Below are positions 37,715-49,410 of a stretch of DNA of 64,000 nucleotides, piece after piece. How positions within the stretch are numbered: position 1 is the first letter of the stretch; every line of letters starts with the position of its first letter. A program made the position numbers and the translations under genes. This DNA is from Mobula birostris. Lineage: Eukaryota. Under the pieces are notes generated by a model, which saw only the letters and a list, made by a program, of their open reading frames with translations, ran no database searches and was not told the DNA's origin. The stretch spans positions 26,529,821 to 26,593,820 of the forward strand of contig NC_092379.1 of the NCBI RefSeq assembly GCF_030028105.1, in the 5' to 3' direction.

Positions 37715-38016
37715 AGATAGACAACCGTTAGTCTTGTGAGTCCATGGATTTGCGCCTTTGAAGGTTTCCCGGGTGCAGGCATGGGCAAGGTGTATGGAAG
37801 ACCGGCAGTTGACAATGCCGCAAGTCTCCCCTCTCCACGCCAAAGCTGTTGTCCAAGGGAAGGGAACTAGAGCCAATACAGCTTGGCACCGGTGTCGTCG
37901 CAGAACAATGTGTGGTTAAGTACCTTGCACAAGAACACAACTCGCTGCCTGAGTTGAGGCGCGAACTAGCGACCTTCAGATCACTAGAACGACGCCTTAA
38001 CCACCAGGACACTCGC
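37715..38016 (-). mobile_element. tRNA-derived SINE
   Basis: Minus strand has A-box-like tggtggttaagg and B-box-like agttcgcgcc, then gtgttcttgtgcaaggtacttaacc and a LINE-like tail. Confidence 0.65.
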
Positions 38017-40009
38017 AATCAGCCTTATATTAGTGATGCCAGACAGAAGGATGGGCGGAATGTTCGATTTTAAACTTTTCACTATCTGACTCAAATGTCT
38101 TGGCTTTGAGTGGGGCTTTACTCCCAGCGATACTTGTAGTACGGTATAGTGCTCATCCAGATAGGAATTTATCAGAGGAGGGGAATGTTGACTGTTGTCG
38201 GCCATCCCTTTTGCACAAGTAGTCGCTATGGCGACTGGTTCTCGTTCCATACGGCTCTCGCTTTGCCCTACAACTGCTCACCAGACTGTACTCTCTTGAC
38301 ATGCGACGGCGTGTTCACCGCTACACCTTCTGCAATGTCTGTAGATTGTAACAGCTCATGTATCAAAGGAGGTGAAACATCCCTTGTAAAATCGGGAATT
38401 ACGTTCACGTGAGAGATGATAGTTCGTGGAATAGGGTTGAGTCAATTGAATTTGTCGACGCAGCTGCCGGGCTCTATGTTGCACGGTGGCCGTGCCAAAC
38501 ATTACTATTTCCATAACAGGAAATTCCAGCAGCCCGTCATCTCGAATTTTGGGATGGAATCCAGCCGGGGGAGTAAGAGTAAGGGGGTGAGGTGGATCTG
38601 CTACTGTTTTTGTATTTTGCCTTCTCCATTTTAGGATTAGGTTTTGGTGGCTATGTATTTTGGCTAGTTCTTCCAATTTATGGAGTTACCACATACTGTA
38701 TTGCAAAATTCATTTTGCGTCCCTATCATTTCATTTCGTCTTACTCTTCCATTAACGAAAATTCCTCAGCCAAATGAGCCTGCATAGGGTCATTCTCCGT
38801 GGATTCCCCTGTGTGAGTAGGAGAAATAATTAATCACATACCTGACATCTCCTATTTACCAGTCAAACCCTGGCTGACTGGAGGCCGGGTTGTACTAGAT
38901 GGTCAGCCAGAAGTTATTTTGTCTTACTGTACTCTTTCACACTTTGCCCAGTAGGTTTGTACATTGGAGCCTTTTTGTTTTATCGGCAGGCTTTCAGGTT
39001 TTGTCTCTTCCCTTCGGCATATCACTGCTGGCTTTTCCTCATTTACTTTCAGTGCTACTCATTTATTAACTGTGAGTTGTAGATGAAACAGTAATAAAAT
39101 GTATTTGTTAATCACAATACAATTTTCTTACCAGGATCTGGCCAGATATCTGTCTTTAACTCCCTATTGTCCTTTAATTTGACTATAAATTGTAACCGCT
39201 GTTTTCCATTCGCCATCCTGAAAGGAGGATAGGGGTGGTCACCGGCGGGGAAAACCTTCACCGGCCTTGCCCTATTGTTCTTGTCTCTCCTCGAGAGTCA
39301 CAGCAGCTCTCGCTCAAAGGAAGGCTTTCCAATCGGAACTCATGTTATTAGAGAAATGTATTATCTCTGGGGTTCGTTTGGATCGTATATCAATAGAGAT
39401 CACTTCCTCTTCGCCCATTTTTTTAGGGAGAGTAATCGGAAAAGGAAGTTCGATGAAAGTTTCTCGTAATTAAAGCGGACACTAACATCGAGGTGAAGAG
39501 AGCCTTATTCACAACATCATATGAAGTTCAGGCTCCAACAATGTGTTTCCTACTCTAAATAATATACAGAACACAGTTCATTTCATGCATCTACAATTCA
39601 TTTGAAGAAACAAAGCCTGTTCGACTACCTTTATGACTTATAAAAAGGGGTAAAAGGTTTTCCCTTTTAAACTAACCAAGAAAGTTTTTTTTTTTTTTCT
39701 CATTCATTTTCACCAGTATCATTGTTAAGGGGAAACAGGTTCACGGGATTGGTAAATCGGAAAGAAAATACTCGCTACGAATAAGCACATTAACCATTAT
39801 TTTGCAAGGGAAAAAAAGGTATCATTCGATTAAATACCTGTGTCAAACAGATACTCAACTGACGCCAGCCTACAATTGCTCTGACAGTAAGAATTTATTG
39901 GCAACTGAAACTCATCAGATTCATCACTATGCCTCGATAAATTACACATCCGCAGCTAAACACTCAACAGAAACCCAGTGAGCGTGCACATGGGTCAATG
40001 TTCTATTTA

Positions 40010-42430
40010 CATGCAGGGTGGCCGGTGAGTGAGTGGGCAAGTGATGGAGTGGAGTTTTGAAGTTTTGGCTCGAGAGGCTTCGGCGAGCAGAGGCTGAGGA
40101 CGAGCTTGGTCCCAGTGAGGTAAGGCCGGGTACGTTTCTTTAATTAATTTAATTAACTTGGGAGTTGGTAATAGAGGCAGTATATAGGGCATTCCAGTGC
40201 TCCGATTGGAAGATGTGGCAAGTCAATGACAGCACAATTGTCTCTGATGACTACACAGGCAAAAGACACATCCAGCTGCAGCTATGTTAAACCGAGTTAG
40301 GGAACTAGAGCTGGAGCTGGCTGAACCTCGGATCATTCGGGAGGCAGAGGCAGTAATAGATTGGAGTTTCAGTGAGACACTCACCCCTAAAAAAATCAGG
40401 AGACAGGTAACCGGCTGACTGCGAGGAGAGGAAAGCGGAATAGACAGAAAGAGCAGAACACCCCTGTGGCCGTTCCAACAACAATAAGTATACAGTTTTG
40501 GATACAGTTGGTGGGGGCGACCTACCAGGGACAAGTTGTAGTGGTCGCCTCTCTGGCACCGGGACTGGACTCTCAGCTCAGAAAGGTAGGAAGGAAAATA
40601 GGAGAGCAGTAGTGATAGGTTTATTCGATATTTAGGGGGACAGAAAGAGGATCTGCTTGTGAGATTGAGAATCCCGAATGGTCTGTTGCCTCCCTGGTGC
40701 CAGGGTCTGCGGTGACCCGGAAGGAGTTCTCGGTATTCTCAGGAGACAGGTTAGCAGTCAGATGTCGTGATCCACGTGCGGACCAATGACATAGATAGGA
40801 GTAGAGAAGAAGGTCCTGAAGATGTTAAAAAAAGCAGGACCACAAGGTTGATAATCTCGGGATTGCTGCCTGTGCCACTAGACAGAAAGGGTAGGAACAA
40901 GAAGTTGTGGCAGATGAATGCGTGGCTGAAAAGTTGGTGCAGGGAGCATCGCTTCATATTTTTGGATCATTGGGATCTCTTCTGGGGAAGGACTGCTCTC
41001 TACAAAAAAAGGCGGGCTGCACCTGACCTGCAAAAGGACCAATATCCTAGCGGGCAGGTTTGACAGTGCATTTTTTGGGGGTGGGGTGTTATACTACTTT
41101 GGCGCGGGAGGGTGTGGGAATCGGAATGTGAGTGTAGAGATTAGGGTAGAAGGACAAGTGCATGAGGTTATGTATTCAGGCAGGGGACAAAACAAAAATG
41201 TAGTCAGTTGCAGGACTTGAAATGTGTCTATTTCAACGCTAGGAACATTAGGAATCAAGGGGATGAATTTAGAGCAACACACACAAAAATGCGGGTGAAC
41301 GCAGCAGGCCAGACAGCATCTATAGGAAGAGGTACATTCGACATTTCAGGCCGAAGCCCTCAGTCAGGTCAAGACTTTCAGATAGCCCTGACGAAGAATT
41401 TCGGCCCGAAACATCGACTCTACCGGGATTTAGGAGTTTTAAAAGGAATATGATTGGAGGTAGAAAAGGTGGTGGTGGGGGTGGACGGTGGGGGTTGATC
41501 GTAGCATTACTGCTCACGGCCATAGAAATGGAGGGCGCTGCAGAGTGAGTGCCCACTGAGTCGGTGTAGTTGGAAGTCAGAAATAGGAAGGGATCATTCA
41601 CTGTGCTGGGAGTAGTCCACAGGACCACAAATAACCCTCGGAAAACTGATGAGCAAATTAGCAGGCAGATTTTAGAATGGTGCAGGAAACACAGGTTTGT
41701 AGTTATGGGTGACGTCAACTTCGCTCATATTGACTGGCACCCTCTGACTGCAAAGGGGAGAAAATAGGGTTCATTTTTCAGGTGTGTTCAAGAAGGATTC
41801 CTGACACAGTATGTGTACCGGCCGACGAGAGGAGAGGCCACACTGGATCTAGTTCTGGGTAATGATCTTGGTCAGGTGGCAGACTTCTTGGTGGGGAAGG
41901 ATTTTGGTTAGAGTGACCGCATCTCCCTTCGCTTCAGCATAGCTATGGAAAAGGCTAAAAACAGACAAAATGGGAAAGTGCTTAACTGGGGAAGGGCTAA
42001 CTATGAAGTGATGAGGGAGGAACTGACGAGAATAAATTGGAAACAGTTGTTCAAGGGTGAAAGCACAGAAGTCATGTGGAGGAAGTTTAGAGATCACCTG
42101 TGCTGGGTTCAGGATAGGGTTGTCCCACTGAGACAAGGAAGAAAAAATGGTAGGAAAAGGGAACCGTGGCAGAAGAAACACGTGGGGCAACTCGTCAAGA
42201 GGTAGAAGGAAGCATATGTTAGATATAAGAAGCAGGAAGCAGAAGGGGCTCAGGAGAAATATAGGGTTGTGAGGAAGGAGCTTAAGAAAGGACTTAGGAG
42301 AGCTCGCAGGAGGCATGAAAAGGCCCTAGCATGTGCGATTAATGAGATCCCCAAGGTGTTCTATGGGTATGTGAAGAAAAGAGAGATGACAAGAATGAAA
42401 GTGGGAACGTAAGGAATAAAGACGGCAACA
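40010..42430 (+). mobile_element. CR1 LINE 5' half (5' UTR, ORF1, APE), 3'-truncated, with a Penelope-like insert at about 41275-41420
   Basis: IHVRTNDI…IISGLLPVP…MNAWLKSWCREHRFIFLDHWDLFWGR, LKCVYFNARNIRN and FVVMGDVNFAHIDW. Confidence 0.88.
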
Positions 42431-45400
42431 TGTACTAGTCTTTCAGGCATGTTACCTTGGTCTTGTTTGGTACTTGGGACAATGGTTTTCTGAGTATAAT
42501 CACAAACAATGATGAAGTAATACATATCGTTACTTCAGGATGTTCTGTATTAACATTAAGTTCATGTTATGTAATAGCAACGGCCGTAAAGAAACTTGTG
42601 ACCCGTGTTATGTCTATTAATTATATTTCAACGATTAATGCAGTGATGACTTCGTTCATTTTCATGAGGGAACAGGATCGTATTCCGCTTCCGCTTCTTT
42701 ATTTTAGGTATACATAATGACCGTTGACAGCGTTGGCAATAAATAGAACGCTGTTGTAAGGGAATCAAAAATACCCGTAAACAACGACGGCGTACGATAG
42801 CAGCCGTTATTCAGATCTCCATCTAGAGTGTTCGCCTGCATTGGGCTTACGTAAATTGTCAATGTGCCGCTAAATCAGTCTTTTCTTTATTGTGACGAAT
42901 TGTTGTAGTAACGTTTATGTTCTCATTCAGCTAAAGCACTCCAAAATACTGCGTGTACCAATGTTTGTTTCCCGTTGTGAAGAACAGAGCTCCTACGTTT
43001 GCATTTTTTTTCTGATACGTTCCTGCTCCTACTCCAGTTTTCCCGAAATGAAGTAATTGCAAACAATTATGAGATTTTCTATGACCTGTTTCTGCTCTCT
43101 GACAAGTGTTTTGCTAACTCCAATTATTTGTGACTGTTGTTTGCTAGGGCTACCAGTTGTTGTTTCAGTATTTTGAGTGACTGAGCCAGCAATTTGTCAA
43201 ATTAATTGTCCCACATCTGACTCAATTTACCGATTCACTTCACAGGTAAATCCAGTATGTACCTGTTTAGTTTGGGTTCTTTCACACATGCGAACTAATT
43301 AAAGTAAGCTTGCTAACTCCTTTCCCCGGAGCGATTGGAGGATGGAGAAATATATTTGAGGATGTGGTGCTCGTTAGTTATGCCCGCAGACATGCACCAG
43401 TGCACCGCGAATGCAAGACAGAAACACCTCGAAAAGAATGCTGTTGCATCTGATTACCGGATCCACCATGCGGTTCAGGTCAAGCGACAGAAGTATAGGT
43501 ACGCGTTAAATACGACTCAGCAGCATGTTTGTTCATTGCCCTGCTAATGTGTCCGGAGTTGACAACATACTGTAGAACCAATAATAACACAGCACAGGAG
43601 ACAGTCATGAACGATTATTTTGCGCTCCCTTTCTCTTTCACACAGCCTTACATGCTTCTTTCATACATCTGCACGTCTTTTTTGTTTCTTATAAGTCCTT
43701 AACGTATCGGCTTTCACCATTACCTCGAATATCGCTTTCCACGCAAATGCCGCATACTGTGTAAAAATATTGTTGAGAAATCCAACTGGATTTTTTAAAA
43801 CCAAATTATAACCATGAATCAGTGGTTTTCCGGCGTTTATGAGGAATATGCATTCGTCGAGCTTCCAAACCGTCACAGGTATAGATTCTGGCCAAATGTT
43901 CGATGCCAAACACTTCCAGATTTGTCAGTGATGTTGCCTCGGCATGTCAAATAAGGCGGTATATATTCCTCTGTCGTCCGTCCCTCCTGATTGGTTAGTC
44001 CTCATGCAATCAGACTTCAGGTGTCTACCATGTCTATAATGTCATTCCAGGTCTTACTTCAAACGACATGTTTGTCTTTGACAAAATCATTTTCTCAAGT
44101 TTTAGTTCCATGACTTCCTTCAAAAGATACTACCAAATGTCACTGGCGTAGTACAGTGATTTTAGGCCGTCGAACGCAATCCAATGGCCATTCTGAACGC
44201 AAGGCTCTGCTATCGCTGAAACCTCCGGGAAACCTGAACGGATACATCACCCTGTGGATGTTTGATTCACTTTCTCCCCCATTGCAGAAATTGTGAACTT
44301 GCACACTTCCGACTTTGCGAAATGTTTAGATTGAAATGTTCACATTTACATAACTACAAACTTTGAAACTATTGTACTAATTGATAAACACGCAGGCCAT
44401 TGTAATCTGGTGCTGTGTCAACATGTTTCTGACATTGTTAATAAGATATGCGACTTCATTTACTGATCCACATACTCTCTTCGTATTACTGCAACAACTC
44501 TGAAGCTAGCGTCTGCGTCTGTTTTCAGACACTGTGGTCTCCCGTTGGGCAATTCAAATTTAGTAGCAGAAAGAGGTATTGAGAATAAGGTTGTAAACTT
44601 GTTGATTTGAGCTGAGGAGATAACTGTCTTGAGAGCTGAGCAGAAATGAATGCCAAAAAAATGATGTTGTTAATATGAACCTAAATGAAAATTGTAAGCC
44701 ACCACATAGTTGATAAAACTTTGACATGACTGGCTAGGCGTTTCCATTATATTTATTTCGCGAGAACGGGGTGTGACAATCATGAACCAATCAAGAAACC
44801 TCTTTCGGAATGTGCAAATTATAGAGACATTTGACAATGTTTGCCTAATATGATATGTCATTTGACCTTTATATGATGGAGCAATGCGTTAGGCGATTCA
44901 GGTCGGCCGAGAACAAGCAAAAACACCAGCTGGAGCTACTGCATTTCTGGTTAAATATCCTAATTTTGTTTCTTTTCAAAGATAATGTAAAAAGGTTCAA
45001 GAAATGGATATTTTAAAGTGGTACCACACTAATAAAGACAATGAATTAAATGAAAAAGAAAATGCAGGAGGGAATCAGCAAATCCTGTTGATAGATTGAG
45101 AGTGGAAAAATATAGTTCAGGTTCCATATTGATGACGCTGTTTAAGATGAATGTAGTCTCAGGATGAGGATGTCTTTTCCAGAGTTAAACGTGGGCCACA
45201 GACATCTTGTTGATCTTGCCTGCCTGCTGATTAACTTCCAAATTTTGGCTCCCGATTTCTGACCAAGATAGCTCGAACTGAAACATTGAACAGACGTCCT
45301 ATTGAAAGTTGCGGCCTGACCTGAAAAAATGGAAAAAAAAAATCTGCCTTTCTTGATGATGTTCTTCATGCTGGTTTGCATGTTTTGTTTTGTCTGTTTG

Positions 45401-45981
45401 CTACATCAGAGGAATTGCAGTGATTAACATAATTATACCAATGTTTGCATGACAGAATGGGAATGTTCATAAATATTTGGCATTTTTTATATAGGATTCA
45501 GTCAGTCTCGTGAGACCGTGGATTTGCGTCTTGGAATGTTTCCAGGGCTCAGGCCTGTGCAAGGTTGCATGAAAGACCAGCAGTTGCCCATGTTTGAAGT
45601 CTCTCCTTGTTCGAGGACGGAGTTATGCTGTATTTGAATCTGATAAACAGAATTGCTTTCGTATTTTTTTCTATTCCATTTACCTTCATATCGCACCGCA
45701 GCGTGTGACCGTTTAATTTGACTTTTTTTTTCTGAAAATGTTTTTCAAGTCCGTTTTCAATTGAGCTACATTGTGGAAATCGTACTGTTAAGCTTAGTGT
45801 TATCCGTTGCGTCACTGCGGCGTTGGATTTACTGAGTCTCAGTATAATTTATACTATAGCGTGCCCGTGCTGTCGCTCAGAATGTAACCGAGCCTCAGCT
45901 CTCCTTGTGGCAGTCCAATTTTCCCTCTTCCATGCCCATGGCTGAATTCCGACGAAGCCAGTTGTCAAATAAGTCCCCATC

Positions 45982-45984
<3 letters not shown>

Positions 45985-46072
<88 letters not shown>
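45985..46072. repeat. (TC)44 microsatellite
   Basis: Read directly. Confidence 0.97.
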
Positions 46073-46074
<2 letters not shown>

Positions 46075-46889
46075 TACGAACTTTTTGAATGGCAAATGGT
46101 GTATGTTTGTGTGGCCACCGGTCTTAGATCAGTGTTTGGAGAGCAGTTCCATGTATCTTCAGGGACACAATCACATACCTGCATTACCTAGCGGCTATCA
46201 TTTTCCTGCAACTAGAGAGAGACTGACAGAGAACAAAGCCGTGCAGCGATGCACATAGGTGCACGATGCGCTGCCGAAAATTCAACTGACTCTAAGACAT
46301 ATTTAGCCTTTGCATCCTACATATTTATTCATTTTATTTTTTTCTTTGAGGTTAATAAACTTCCCAATATATCTGTCACTAAAAGCACAACTGGTAAGTC
46401 GTTCCATGGGCCAACCACTCTCCTGGCAAAGAAGTAACTCGAATATTCCTGTAATCAAATTACATTTTTACCCCTCCTATTGCATCCTGTGCGCCAGAAA
46501 AGCAAGTCTCTCATTATCCACTCGATTAATCTATCTTGGCATCTTGAATAATTCCACATAGGTATTTCCCCTCCTCATTACACTTACAGTGAAAACTATT
46601 AGCTCTCCCAGCCTATCTTTGAAAGAGACGCTCTTTAGTCCCGGAGAATTTCCGGAAAATCTAACCCACAGCATCTCTAACGTTTTCACAACCTTCCAAC
46701 AAAAAGGCGACCAGAAGTAAAGAATATTCTAAGTTTACGCTATTATGTAATTGGATTTTCATCGAGGCGCAGTGTTACCATGGAGGTCCTGAACTCGAAT
46801 ATCTGACTACTAAAGCCCTACACAGCTTTCGTTTTCTTAAAAACGATTTTTTTTTTTTTTTTTTTTTTTTACGAAACAGGATCCTCTTC

Positions 46890-49410
46890 TGAGTCAATAT
46901 GGGTGGAAGTCAGGAACAGGAAGAGAGCAGTACTCTATTGGGGGTATTCTATAGGCGCCCTGGTAGCAGCAAAGATACAGTGGAGCAGATTGGGAGGCAG
47001 ATTTTGGAAAGGTGCAAAAATAACAGGGTTGTTATCATGGGTGACTTTAACGTCCCTAATATTGATTGGCACCTGATTAGTTCCAAGAGTTTAGATGGGG
47101 CAGAGTTCGTTAAGTGTGTCCAGGACGGATTCTTGTCACAGTATGGGGACAGGCCGACCAGGGGGAATGCCATCGTAGATCTAGTACTAGGTATTGATCC
47201 CGGTCAGGTCACAGATCTCTCAGTGGGTGAGCATCTGGGGGACAGTGAACACCGCTCCCTGGCCTTTAGCATTATCATGGAAAAGGATAGAATCAGAGAG
47301 GAAGGAAAACATTTTAATTGAGCAAAGGCAAATTATGAGAGTATATGGCTAGAACTTGCGGGTGTGAATTAGGATGCCGTTTTTGCAGTGAAATGTACCA
47401 TGGACATGTGGTCGATGTTTAGAGATCTCTTGCGGGATGTTAGGGATAAATTTGCCCCGGTGAGGAAGATAAAGGATGGCAGCGTGAAGGAACCATGGGT
47501 GACCAGTGAGGTGAAGGATCTAGTCAGGTGGAAGAAGGCAGCATACATGAGGTTTAGGAAGTAAGGATCAGATGGGTCTATTGAGGAATATAGGGAAGAA
47601 AGAAAGGAGCTTAGGAAGGGGCTGAGAAGAGCAAGAAGGGGGCATGAGAAGGCCTTGGCAAGTAGGGTAAATGAAAACCCCAAGGTTTTATTCAATTATG
47701 TGAAGAAGAAGAGAATGACAGGAGTGAAGATAGGACGGATTAGAGATAAAGGAGGGAAGATGCGCCTGGAGGCTGTGGAAGTGAGCGAGATCCTTAATGA
47801 ATACCTGTCTTCGGTATTCACCAATGAGAGAGAACTTGATGATGGTGTGGACGATATGAGTGAGGTTGATGTTCTGAAGCATGTTGATATTAAGGGAGAG
47901 AAGGAGTTGGGGTTGTTAAAATACATTAGGACAGATAAGTCCCCGGGGATTGACGGAATATTCCCCAGGCTACTCCAGGAGGTGAGAGAAGAGATTACTG
48001 AGGCTCTGGCTAGGATTTTTATGTCCTCGTTGCCCACGGGAATGGTACCGGAGGATTGGAGGGAGGCGAATGTTGTCCCCTAGTAGGGATAGTCCGGGTA
48101 ATTATAGACCAGTGATCCTTACGTCTGTGGTGGGAAATCTGTTGGAAAAAATTCTTAGAGATAGGATCTATAGATATTTAGAGAATCACTGTCTGATCAG
48201 GGGCAGTAGGCATGGCTTTGTGAAGGGCAGATCGTGTCTAACAAGCCTGATAGAGTTCTTTGAGCAGGTGACCAGGCATGTAGATGAGGGTAGTGAAGTG
48301 GATGTTATCTACATGGATTCTAACAAGGCATTTGACAAGGTTCCACACGGTAGGCTTATTCGGAAAGTTAGAAGGCATGGGATCCAGGGAAGTTTGGCCA
48401 GGTAGATTCAGAATTGGCTTGCCTGCAGAAGGAAGAGGGAGTACATTCAAATTGGAGCATTGTAACTAGTGGTGTCCCACAAGGATCTGTTCTGAGACCT
48501 CTACTTTTCGTGATTTTTATTAACGACATGGATATGTGGGTAGAAGGGTGGGTTGGCAAGTTTTCAGACGACACAAAGATTGGTGGTGTTGTAGATATTT
48601 TACAGTATTGTCGAATATTTCAGAGAGACATTGATAGGCTGCAGCAGTAGTCTGAGAAGAGGCAGATGGAGTTCAACCCGGAGAAGGCAGAGTGCAAAGT
48701 AAAAGACAGGATAGTTTGTAGTTTGCAGGAGCAGAGAGATCTCGGGGTACATGTCCACAGATGCCTGAAAGTTGCCTCACAGGTGGATAGGGTAATTAAG
48801 AAAGCTTATGGGGTTTTAGCGTTCATAAGTCGAGGGATAGAGTTTAAAAGTCGCGATGTAATCATGCAGCTCTATAAAACTCTGGTTAGGCCACACTTGG
48901 AGTACTGTGTTCAGTTCTGGTCACCTCATTATAGGAAGGATGTGGAAGCATTGGACAGGGTACAGAGGAGATTTACCAAGATGCTGCCTGGTTTAGAAAG
49001 TATGCATAATGATCACAGATTAAGGGAGCTCGTGCTTTACTTTTTGGAGAGAAGGAGGATGAGAGGAAACATGATAGAGTTGTACAAGATAATAAGAGGA
49101 ATAGGTAGAGTGGATAGCCAGCGTCTGTTCCCCAGGGCACCGCTGCTCAATGCAAGAGGACATGGCTTTAAAGTAAGGCGTGGGAAGTTCAAGGGTGAGA
49201 TTAGAGGAAGTTTTTTTTTTACTCAGAGAGTTGTGGGTGCGTGGAATGCACTGCCTGAGTCAGCGGTGGAAGCAGATACAAGAGTGAGGTTTAAGAGACT
49301 ACTGGACAGATATATGGAGGAATTTAAGATGGGGGCTTATATGGGAGGCAGGGTTTGAGGGTCGGCGCAATATTGTGGGGTGAAGCACCAGTACTGTGCT
49401 GTACTATTCT
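46890..49410 (+). mobile_element. CR1 LINE ORF2 (APE end + RT) with 3' tail, 5'-truncated
   Basis: VVIMGDFNVPNIDW, NYRPVILTSVVG, GVPQGSVL…FSDDTKIGG and a 230-aa RT C-terminal ORF (48666-49358). Tail is (ttctatg/ttctata)n. Preceded by a T24 run at 46847-46870. Confidence 0.93.

Noticed and set aside
45090-45330. Possible decayed V exon on the minus strand (acceptor then GQAATF…VQCFSSSYL…)
   Set aside because: No WYxQ, no YxC in frame and no RSS. The resemblance needs several ad hoc frameshifts.
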